Below, in pieces: positions 13,613-25,500 of a DNA stretch of 64,000 nucleotides. Numbering within the stretch: the stretch's first letter is position 1; each line of letters starts with the position of its first letter. The notes under the pieces are model-generated. The model had not been told where the DNA came from. It saw only the letters and a list, made by a program, of their open reading frames with translations, and did not search any database. The DNA is taken from NCBI RefSeq assembly GCF_002571385.2, contig NW_019217826.1:796260-860259 (forward strand), given 5' to 3'. The stretch comes from Stylophora pistillata (taxonomy: Eukaryota). A program made the translations under genes and the position numbers.

Positions 13613-14324
13613 NNNNNNNNNNNNNNNNNNNNNNNNNNNNNNNNNNNNNNNNNNNNNNNNNNNNNNNNNNNNNNNNNNNNNNNNNNNNNNNNNNNNNNNN
13701 NNNNNNNNNNNNNNNNNNNNNNNNNNNNNNNNNNNNNNNNNNNNNNNNNNNNNNNNNNNNNNNNNNNNNNNNNNNNNNNNNNNNNNNNNNNNNNNNNNNN
13801 NNNNNNNNNNNNNNNNNNNNNNNNNNNNNNNNNNNNNNNNNNNNNNNNNNNNNNNNNNNNNNNNNNNNNNNNNNNNNNNNNNNNNNNNNNNNNNNNNNNN
13901 NNNNNNNNNNNNNNNNNNNNNNNNNNNNNNNNNNNNNNNNNNNNNNNNNNNNNNNNNNNNNNNNNNNNNNNNNNNNNNNNNNNNNNNNNNNNNNNNNNNN
14001 NNNNNNNNNNNNNNNNNNNNNNNNNNNNNNNNNNNNNNNNNNNNNNNNNNNNNNNNNNNNNNNNNNNNNNNNNNNNNNNNNNNNNNNNNNNNNNNNNNNN
14101 NNNNNNNNNNNNNNNNNNNNNNNNNNNNNNNNNNNNNNNNNNNNNNNNNNNNNNNNNNNNNNNNNNNNNNNNNNNNNNNNNNNNNNNNNNNNNNNNNNNN
14201 NNNNNNNNNNNNNNNNNNNNNNNNNNNNNNNNNNNNNNNNNNNNNNNNNNNNNNNNNNNNNNNNNNNNNNNNNNNNNNNNNNNNNNNNNNNNNNNNNNNN
14301 NNNNNNNNNNNNNNNNNNNNNNNN
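13613..14324. other. Assembly gap (712 N)
   Basis: Run of N. Confidence 1.
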
Positions 14325-14448
14325 TACTTACTTGTGACTCAGTAATTACGAAAGAGGAAAAACTGTTGGAGGTTGTGGAAGCTGGTAGTAATACTTAGAT
14401 AAAGATTTGCTTTATTTGCTATACTTACTTACTTTACTTACTATACTT

Positions 14449-15355
14449 ACTTGTGACTCAGTAATTACGAAAGAGGAAAAACTGTTGGAGATTGTGGAAG
14501 CTGGTAGTAATACTTAGATAAAGATTTGCTTTATTTGCTATATTGTAAAGAAAATGTCTTTGAACCTAGGAATAACAGTCGATCTTAATTTACGCTCGTC
14601 TTGCTCAGGGTAGTTTGAAAACTGTTTTCGGTGGAAAAGACAGATGTTTCGACAATATGGGTGAGAGGTTTTGGTCAGTTGCAAATTGAATGTTTGGAAC
14701 CTTGGCTAGCTAACCTTTGTGGCGTTCACTCTGGTCTCCAGTCCTTTTCAGGACTACCCTTTCCTAGACGATCACAACGCTTGTTATAATTTGCTAGGAA
14801 TTCCGATACACACCTCTAATAGGAATGCTCAATACGTACTCCACAGTGCAAGGTAAATTGCTCGAGCATGGGTGATATTCAGAATTTTTATTATGATAAA
14901 GAGTGAGTTTGAAAATTCTCTCAAAGATTCAAGCTTTAAGCTGGCCAATAAGCTAGTAAGCTCTCCGCAGTGCCCCTCGAGGCGGCGTCCTTAGCTGTTA
15001 GAGAATTTTTTTTATATTACAAATTATACTAATGTGAATGATCATGAGAATTAACAGATGTCTAGCTAACCGCTTGTTGGGCGAGTAAGATGTATCATTT
15101 TTAACTTAAACTTTTTTCAAGTAAAACCAGCCTATTTTAACTCTTGCTGGAGGTTGGAAACTAACTAGTTAAACATTCTCAATAAAGGTTGCTTTCCAGT
15201 GTAAAAAATCTCCAATCATATTTTAGGGGAAAGCTTATTGAATAGTTAATTTTGGATACGTATCAAGTATACTCTTTTATTTCTCCAATTTAGTTTAGTC
15301 TAGAGTACACATAAATTACTTTTTCCTAAAACGGACAAGGAAACTTAGATTAGTA
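14449..15355 (+). repeat. Near-identical copy of 12706-13612 across the gap (likely scaffolding artefact); third partial copy at 14330-14422
   Basis: Constant offset of 1743 nt with only one mismatch noticed. The copy ends exactly where the gap begins, and there are low-complexity tactta joints. Confidence 0.9.
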
Positions 15356-16084
15356 TCAAATAAAGTTCTGGTTGCAGGCGACCAATAAAGTTGAGTTACG
15401 TTGAGAATTTATACAGCGATGCATTCACTTTGAAAAGCCGTGTAGCGAGTAGAGTGTTAAATTCACAAAATATTTGTTGGCTATTTTTTCTTTTAATAAA
15501 CAGTTTTTGGGTAAAAAATTTCTTGTTCGGCTTTCCTGTCCGGCGGCCGGGAGCCATCAAAAGTTTCCTCCACTCCGTTCAGTTCCTGAGCAGTTGTGTT
15601 CTTTGCTAAGAATGTTTTTCTTGACCAAAACCGAAGTAATCATAATGCCCAGTTGAAAGAAAGGATGATACCTTTCAGAACCAATGAGAACACAGAATAA
15701 AAACAACCAATCTACGTAAGACGCGAAAAAATGCGGGCGACCAAATCGTGTTTGGTTTTGGTTTTTGTATCTGATTGGTCGAGAGAGCGGCGCCAGTTTT
15801 CTAACCCAATCATAGATTTTAAGGGTGGATAGCTTGCAGAACAGACGTAATTTTGGCGAGCAAGTGCTCAGGATTTTCTCAGCGCCTTTCCCCGCCCCCC
15901 CTCCAATTTCGACTCCATCCCCAAATCGAAACATGGCTAGTTGAGTAAACGATCGGGAGTTTCTTAATTTTAAATCGTCCTAATAAGACACCTGCATTGC
16001 TGCAGGCCAAATAGCGGATGATGTTATCCACTAGATAAATCTCTATCCCAGTGCGTTTTATCTGCTCGATAGCGATCTATCCTC

Positions 16085-16272
16085 CGCGATCCGATCAGTG
16101 ATTCAATCCGTGATCTGGTCCGTGATCTGGTCCGTGATCCGGTCCGTGATCTGGTCCGTGATCTGGTCCGCGATCCGATCAGTGATCCAATCTGGTCCGT
16201 GATCCGGTCCGTGATCCAGTCTGTGATCCTTTTCGAAATCCGGACCATGTTCTGGTCCGTGATTCAATCCGA
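16085..16272. repeat. 12-bp minisatellite (GTCCGTGATCTG-like)
   Basis: About 15 degenerate tandem units, e.g. tccgtgatctggtccgtgatctggtccgtgatccgg. Confidence 0.9.
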
Positions 16273-16538
16273 AATTAGCTTATTTTAGAAAAAAGTTCAA
16301 TTCATTATCGTGAATTTTGCGTGACATAGTTTCACGCTTTCCAAAACTGATTTATTTGCGCATGCACATTTGATTGACTGTTCGTTGATGTTTGATTGCT
16401 GTGCTCTCAGAATAGCGCCTGGGTTTGTTTTGATGACCGCTGAATCGTGCACGTGGTCGTGTGTTTGGTCTTGTTTTGGACAAGCTGTCGGACAAGCTAG
16501 CGATCAAGAGTTATGTTCCACAGACTTTGTTGTTTTTA

Positions 16539-19500
16539 ATGGCTGGAGAGGTACCTCAGTTCGTAAAGATATCATTAAGATCCGTGTTGTTATCCAGCGC
16601 AAAGGGGATCAAGCAAACGGGGGTGGAGAAAGATTACCTCCAGCTGACAAACTCAAAACTCGACTACAAGCAATATGGCTTCCAAGACCTCTATGAATTT
16701 TTGTTAGCTATCCCGGACGTTGCAAGGCTGGAATTTTCCATTAAAGATGGAGAAAATAAAGTTTTTGGAGTTCCTGAAAAGGGGGTTTTTATCTCCAAAC
16801 ATGCAAAGAAGGCTGAAGGTGTCCCAAATGGCCTTAAATCTCTACATCCTTCGGAGTGGCCGCGAAACAAGAGGAGCAAATCAAAAGACCGAACTGTTGT
16901 GCACGATAAAGCTTCTTTAAAAGTTACGGTAGACTCAGACCAAACAAAAGTTATTTTACCTAACTACAGAGGGCTATATGCGATTCATATCGCGCAATTG
17001 CCATCACGTTGTCAAGAAGTAAGCTTATCTACACTAGGTATAGATTAAATTTATTTACAGTTGTCTTACCGGCATTCCTCCATTTAACTCTTTCCCTTCA
17101 AGATTCATATTCTTTTTACTGTCTTTTATATAATTCTTATCTATTTGGTGAAGAGAATTTGACTTTGTATCGGCTACTCATGCCCAAAGTGATACGTTTC
17201 TATATTCTCATCACTTGTCTGCCTGATTTTGTATTGATATTGTAAGGAGGAATTCTGTCTTGGTCACTCATGGTAATTGAATGGTTGAGTGGCACAAATG
17301 TTTTCTCTTTTGATTTTAGAGATATGAGCCCAGCTATTGAGCCAAGATTTCAGCCAGTGTACTTTTCAGTAGCAAAATGTTCAGGCAAGGTGCTCTAATA
17401 AAATTTTTATTCCACTAACAGGGTTGAAGTCCTCGTCAACCTGTTCCAGTCTGTCATTGTGTAGGGAGGAACGAAAAAGAGGAGAAGGGAAAAAAGCAGG
17501 GGGGTAATGCCTCCTAACAATGTGAAAGATTTCTGTAGCTCACTAATATTATTTGTTTACCCCCACCAACCAAAACATTGCCAGCCTTGGTGTGGAGGTT
17601 ATGGATTGCGGAAGCCAGCTGAAAGTTTTACCCAAGAGATTTTAAGGATCCTCTGCACAAATTCAAAATAGTTGAATTTGTGTAGCTGATTATTTCTGTT
17701 CTTGTGAGCGATTTTTTTTTTCATCTGGCTTTTTAAATTCTGCTTATGTTTGCAGAGTGAACTGAGGAGTATTTTCAAGAATTATAAAAGTTTAAGTGAA
17801 GTGAAGATAGATAATTCTCATGGGTAAGTTGTTCGTGAAGCAGGTCTGTTTAAATTACTGCCATGTTCGTGTCTAATTGGATGCAGGGAAGACCTATGGA
17901 AGGAGAGTGTTTCTTATTTCATAAAAAGCCTGCCAAGGCCTCCTTTGTATCATTTCTTTTTACATATGCATTTTTATCCTGTTGATAATACAGTGACTTA
18001 CTCTTCTACAATTAGCAAAACAAGCAAATTCTTCTTTCACCTAATTGTTAAGTATAACACCGCCAAGTTCCGTTGATATTTTATTTAATTGTTTTTTATT
18101 TTCTGACTTATTGTTATGATAATTTTTTATCAATAAAATTTTTAGGATTGCATTTCTGAGGTTTTCAAAACACGCAGATGCTGTCCAAGCAATGAGTGAC
18201 ATGAATGGTTACAAATTACGTGGCTCTGTGTTGAAGATTAATCCAGCCACTGAACATGGCTCTGTTCAAAATGCAAAATCAAGTAAAGAGAGAAAAGAAG
18301 AGACAAAGATAGACACTAAAAAACAGTTGAACAAAAATTCCCTAATCATAAATGGTTTTGCAAGTGAAGATGCTGTTGTTACAGAACTTAGACCCAGCAG
18401 TAGTGTTAAGGACAAGAGTCCTTTGTCATCACCAAAGGAACTGAAAACAGTTTTGTCAGAAGAAAGCTGGGAAACTGAAAGTGCTCTGTTGCCAAAGATA
18501 ACAGCAGAAGAGAAAAAGAAAATCTACAAGCAAGAAAATTCTGCAATATCTGTTTGTAAAGAAATTGGGGGATATCCCATTCATGTCAGCAATTTTCCAG
18601 CTGGAATGACACAGGTAGATTTGAATTTTATCGAAAAATGATCTTGAAGAAAATTCTTCAACTCAGGAAAAATGCACTAAGGGATGTTGTTTCGAGCCAG
18701 GGAATTTAATATTTTTAATAAAAATGAGAGCTAACTAAATGATTTTAACATAACAAGTAACTCTTTATTGGAATTCTTCCAGGGATTTGTTTCTATAGGC
18801 ATTCCAATGTAGTAATTAGGTTGAATAAGTTAATCTAAAAAATGTATTTTTCTAAAATTAAAAGCATATTAAAATATTTGGAAAGAGAAAGTTGGTGACC
18901 ACAGGGAAATTTTTGGTTTTTGATGGACCCCAAAGTAATTATTTAATTGAAATTTTTAAAATGTTTTATATTTTTTCATTGTATACTTGTCTTTACACAA
19001 ATAAAGTAATTATAGTTCTCTGGTTTTCTTCAGGAATCACTCAGACAAATCCTCAGTGTACATGGAAAAGTAGTGAAGGTTGTGATGAAAAAGAAGTTAG
19101 TACTTGTATATGAGCTCAACATGTTGGAATGGTTTATCTTTTATTGTACCATACGTATCATATCATTCTACCATATCTAACCTACTGCCATCTCACATAG
19201 CATTTTTGTAAATCTAGTGATAGTCGCAGATTGGAGAGAGTTCAAGAAAGAGGCCTAAGGGCTGTATTCAAAGATAAACACTCCACCTATTAACGTTTGC
19301 TGCAGAAAGCTAATTTACCTTTGCTAGTAAACAGATGCTTACAGGATATATGCATTTTAATGTGCAAAGTTAAAAACAACCTCAGCCCCTTGAATATTTG
19401 TAATATATTTCAGAAACACAACACTTCCTATAATTTAAGACAGGCGGACTTTTCTATTTCTAGATACAACACAATAACTTAGGCAAACATTCACTACGCT

Positions 19501-22500
19501 ATTTAGGACCTAAATTATGGATTTAACTGACAACTTATGACAGATCAGCCACAACATTAGCTAACTTCAAAAACCACAAAACTAACTAAAAAATTTCAGA
19601 AAAAATTGCCAATTGGGAATCAACAGATTAAAAAAAGATTACATGCAGAAAAATTTACTGATATTTGGTTGAATTATCAAATGTACAAACACTGGTATGA
19701 AACACCTTTAAACTGTTTCATTATTTTCTTTCCTCATGCTTGTAACAATATAAAGAACACCATTCTGTATAACAGCCCTGGGCCAAATGGAAGATCTTTT
19801 TGGTGCCAGTGTTTACTTTTTACCAAGAATGGTAAATGCCTGACTGTACTTTTTACATTCACTGATTAAGGAGAATTGTAGTGTTTCTCTTGTATTTATT
19901 TTTAAAATGTTTTTGGTTAAATTAATTTCAGATATGCCTTTGTTTACTTTGCGGAAAAGGATGAAGCAGTAGCTGCCTTGGAAGAATTGAAAGGTACAAA
20001 AGTAGGTGATAAGATACTCACAGTCACCCCTAAACTACACAAAGGCAAAGCCAAGCAGCAAAAGAACTTTCTAGGTGAGTGTTTGAAAACATAAGTTGAA
20101 GGCACTGCTCCCTCTTTATGCCTGAGGGTGTAATTGGTACCTGTCCACTTGATGTTCCATGCACTCAGCCTTGCAAACAAGTGTAATGGTAACAGTCTAA
20201 GACATGAGTGTAAGAACCATTTCATGGTTTCATTTCCTTTCTGTAGTTCAAATGAATTCTTTCAAAAACCATAAGTTATAAGTCAATAAAATTAATCAAC
20301 ATTTTGATGCAGGGGAGGTAAGTGATGCCATTTGATGTAATCAGTCTTTCCAGAACAGAAAATTGTGTGCGCACAAGAATTCATTGGCTGTTTATTTAGA
20401 GTTTCATGAGTATAAGCATTCTTGAGGGGGCTGTTCCTGCAGAGTACCATTCCCTCTCCCTTTCCTCTTTCCACTGTGACAAGCGCTTGAAAAGCTGTGT
20501 TCTCATAGAAATTGCTTGGTACCTGAGGGCTCTTACATCATACAGCTAGTGTGTCCAGATCCTCATTGTTTTACATGTTACCTTAAGACAAAAGTCAGTC
20601 ACCTGTGGTAGCTAAGCTCTACTAGAGAAGAGCTTTACATGTAGTTGGCTCCCTCTCCCTTCTGAGGGAGAGTTCACTCCTGAGTTAGTAATATTTTCTG
20701 CTATGGGAGCAGTCTCTATTGAGGAGCTGGATTCAGGATATTTCTCACACTCAACTTCACTTTATTAGGCAATTATTTATTGTTGTTTTAATAAGAGCTT
20801 ACCCGTATTTCCTGCATTTTGAATTGGATGGATGTGAGGTGATTATTTCTAAGAAAGCATTTAGTGTCATATTGTTTATTCTTGATCATTTTGTGCTCTC
20901 ATTTACTTTCTCAGTGGGTACCATGGGGCAGTCACTCACTTCTAGTGAGAGCTCTATATCCAGCTGTGATCCCCTGGGGCCTCAGTCGTCCCCATATAAT
21001 AACTTCTCTGATGGTGCACTTGATTCAGGAGGCAGCAAGAAAGATCAGTCTGGTGTATCTGTCAATGGATTCAGAGAATCAAGTGGAAGAAATGTTGGAC
21101 AAAACCAGGAAAGTGGTAAAACAACATCAGACAACTCTTGTAGTGTCTATAACAAGAAACTTGAGGAAAATGAAAAGATCAGTTCTTCTTCAAGAACTAG
21201 TGTTGAAAAGGGCCACTCTAGTCCCACCAGCAAACCAGAGATTTCAGTTGTTAAGGAGGAAATTGGACCCAGGCATATTCTTTTGACCAATACAGAGATG
21301 AGTGAACTTTACTTGAAGTGTAAGAAACCACTAAGGACCATGGATAACATGGAAGCTCAGGAGTTTGAAGTTCTTGTGACTGATGTTGTTGACTCTTGCC
21401 ACTTCTGGGCCAACATTGATGACAAGGTGGGAACAGCTTCATTAGTTGTTGTTATAGCAGAGTTATTACATCTTGAACCTCTTACTTATTAGCAAAATTG
21501 TTCAGCATTCCAGCACTATAGCTGTAGCTTCAAATTTTCAGGGATAAAGTGCACGCCAATACTTTGCCAGGGATTACACTTTATTTCAAGTAACTTTAAC
21601 TCTATAACTGCTAAGAGTGACTACCATTTAATTTCTTTCTAATACATCCCCCTTGAATCGCAAATTAAGGTCATGAGAATAAAAGAAAATGATCACCCAC
21701 TGAAAAATCTCTTGATTGTTAACTAAATTCTCCTTGGTCTCCCCTAACGAAATGTGCAGAGAAGAGTATTGAGAATTTCTAAACTAATGTCAAGGTGTAA
21801 AATGTTAACAGGAATGTTGAGATATCTTAGATACTTTGATGCAAAAGGAATCTACGGCAGCAGTATGATAATTCATTGATGTTTCTGTTAATAAGTACAG
21901 TGTAAGAGATAATTATATCATCTCTGTCCAGCAAGTTTTTCAATGAATAAAGGCTGATAGTTTCGAAAGAAACTGTTTGGGGCTGCGTCGGTGGGAGTAA
22001 CGAAATAATTTGGAGATATCAACAAAGTTGAAGTGGTAAATTTGCCACGGTAACGATTCCAAAAGCTGATGTTTCGAGCGTCAGCCCTTCGTTGGAGCAA
22101 AGGACGAAGGGCTAATGCTCGAAACATCAGCTTTTGGAATTGTTACGGTGGCCAATTTACCACTTCAACTTTGTTGATATATCCAAGTTTTTCAATGCTT
22201 TTAAAAGCTGACATCCTTACTTGATCCAAAAGTATTAGAATTGGTTCTAACCATAGAACTTTGCTCAAGAGGAACATTTGTCTTATTTTTAAATCAGTTA
22301 TGTATCAAATATTTCTATTTTAGAGTGGAAGTTACAAGGAACTGGAACAAATCAGAACTGATCTACAGATCGTAGAACATTATAAACGTTGTATGCCTGT
22401 CAAGCATCAGCTGGGTGCAGCAATATTTTCGGAAGATAATCTTTGGTACAGGTAAACCATGAATAAGTGTAATGTATTCCTTGTTGGTGTTGGTGGTGTT

Positions 22501-25500
22501 TCTGCTCACCTAGGTACACAGCACAAGTAGCACATGCTACTGCTAAGTTGTGTTTACTTCATACAAAAGAGATCTCACAAATTTTTCATTTGTAATATCT
22601 CTTTCAACATTTCTCGCATCTTTGTGCATTATTAGATGATTTGAAAAAAATCTTTGAATAAATAGCAACCTTGAGAATCATCCATATTAAACTTTATAAT
22701 CATTATGATAATACCATAATTTCCGGCTGTTTGCCCGCGAGTAATCTGTTGATTTTGCCTTAAACATGCGCCACTGCGGGTAATAGGGAGATGCGGGTTA
22801 TGTGACAATTTTGAAATCTACTAGCAGTTGAGTTGAAGAAAATTCTCACCTACCTGCATTTCCACTTCTCAGATGAATTTTATTGTATTAAGAGTGCCAC
22901 AAAGCGGCACGAAAACATGATGCTGACTCGATTTTATTTCACGCACAATTGGTTGCGCAACGAACAAATTACTACGTATGATGCACGATCCTCGCAGTAG
23001 AGAGCGCTATTTGTGCGAGGATTGTGCATCATACGTATCTATAATGGCAGTTCAAAATATATGAACTTCTTATATTCATCATATCTGATTTATCATCATG
23101 GATTTATTACGAATCAACTTAACGGCCTGCTCCCAGTTGGCCTGTTAGCTCAATTGGTAGAGCGCTGCACTAGTATTGCAGAGGTCAGTGGTTCGAATCC
23201 CATACAGGCCTGCTTTTTTTCAGGTCTGATTTTCGCTATTGCATAAATAGCGCTCTCTACTGCGAGGATCCTGCATCATACGTATCTATAACCGCAGTTC
23301 AAAATATATGAACTTCATATATTCATCATATCTGAACAAATTACTATCGGCACGTGTGTAAACAAAACGTTGATGGTGACAAAAATAAGCTGAGGATAAC
23401 CGGCGCATCTGTAAAAAATTTCCAGTTAACACTAGCTTCAGCTGAAGAGAATTGTCCCATTTTAAGGGACTTGTTAGGCCCAGTAGAACCGGAGATATCA
23501 ATTTTTTTGAGAAATCAACAAATCAACATGGCGCTGAACGATCGTTTGCAATAAATGTGGCCGTGAATTCGCATTCTGTCAATTATTCACCGTTGTGAGT
23601 TCTAGAGCATAGTTGTACAAATTTCCTTTACTTTTTTAAGGTGCGGGTTATCCACCAGTGTGGGTAACTGTTCTGTTGCCTTTTTTTTTTTCGCTGCATG
23701 CAATAATCGGCCGGTGTGGGTAAACGGCCGTGCGGGTAAATGGCTGGAAATTACGGGTATCAAGTTGACAAAGATATGTGTACATGTATGGGCAGCAACT
23801 GGGAAAAACTTAGTGGTGTCAATCAAGCCATTGACTATTATGTAAACCCAAAACTTCTCGTAGTAAAGCTTTGTTTCTGCTTGTTTTCTTCTCTTTGCCA
23901 TTCAATATTGTGTTTTAATTATGCTCAACAAGGCAAGGTTGTGGAGGTTGTTGTCTATTCAAATACTAAAGATGCAAAACATTGAAAAGTTAAAAACAAC
24001 CTTTGAATGGAATAGTACTTTTTTTTATCAGATGTTGGTGTTTAGAAGTAACAAAAATGGACAAAAAGCAAGCAAAAGTCTTCTATCTTGACTATGGAAA
24101 CTGTGAATGGATATCATGGGATCAGTTTACAGACATACATAAAAGATTCTGGGATCTTGCTCCTCAGGCAGTGCCATTCAAGCTAGCAGGTACAAACTTT
24201 ACTTGTCAATGTACATGTACTGTTTGAAAGGGTTGTAACGAAATATTCAGCCCATAGCATTGAGAAGAATTTGCTACCTTTCTATAACATCAAGAAATGG
24301 TTAGATATTCTAATCTTCTCGGATAGTGACGAATAAATGGAGGTCCCGTCTCCTGCAGGGTTGGGGGTAGGAGACGTTAATTTCCCACACACGAGATTAC
24401 TGTGTGATGGATGTCCTCCCCTGGGGTGGGATATTGGGTGCACTTAATTTAGAGTCTCACTCTGTTGTGCAACCCTCACCACACTCTGGTGAAAGTGTTT
24501 AAATAAATAAATAAAAAGCATACCTTTACAGTGTAATTTTAAATGTACACTGTATGCTTATCATGACACTTACGGTCTTGCAAGAGGAACACTTGCTATA
24601 ATTGTAAAAGCCCCATATAAACCTTACCTTGATATCTTTTACAGCCTAACATTGGTATTCATTTTCTCCAAACTGTTTTCTTTATGTTTCCTTTGGTACT
24701 GACAAGGAGAATTTGTTAACCAATCAAGAGCGTCTTGAATTGGTGATCTATTCTCATGACCTGACTGTTTGATTCAAGGGTGACATTGTAAGGAGAAATT
24801 AAAAGCCAATCACTCCTCGAGGTTGAAGGGTTAGCGTCTAAGAGCAACTGGTATCTTATTTGTCCTTACAATAACCGTTCTGGACCAAACACATTTTGGT
24901 GATGAGAAGGAAAGAAATGATTATTTAAATATTAAGTTGTTTATGTCTTCTTAGTGTTTCTAATTAGAAAAGGAGCGCTATATTTGGATATCGTGCATAT
25001 TGTTTTCTTGCAGGTATTGAGGTTGCAACAGATTTGTCACCTGAGACAATGAATGAAGGTTCAGCATACTTGAGTGCTTTGATTATTGATAAAGTGTGTA
25101 CAGCAAGAGTGTGTCACTCATCAGATGCTAATCAGGTAACTAGACGTTACTGTCGGCAAATAACAGGATAGTGAATTTTAATGAAAAATTTAAACTTATC
25201 AATGGCCTGTTCATTTCCTCTCGCCTTTCTTTAAATACAGACAACTCATTTGATATAGTTTTCACAGGAGAGGCTACACATAAGGTTTCGGTGAAATCAC
25301 GATGGGTGGCAATTTCACTTTGAGTAGTGGCGAGTTTGTGGTAGTGGCAAATGACCGGAACCCTCATGATAAGTCAAACTGAGTGCAATATTCGAGGGAC
25401 TTGTCATGGGAGGTTTCGCCCCATTGCAAATTTGCCCCCCTATTGCGAGTTCAGTTCCTGAAGTAAAATTTTGAAACGGTGTGAACTGGTGAAGGTTGGG

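Noticed and set aside
12706-15355. Apparent tandem duplication of the SAARP 3' end
   Set aside because: Near-identical, abuts the N gap and has low-complexity joints; typical of an unmerged contig overlap.
16024-16248. ORF with SRTRSRTR (SR-protein-like) repeats; array superficially CRISPR-like
   Set aside because: It is the translation of the 12-bp minisatellite; there are no spacers or cas genes, and the context is eukaryotic.
23139-23211. Functional tRNA-Thr(AGT)
   Set aside because: Two T-stem mismatches and the repeat context favour a tRNA-derived repeat.
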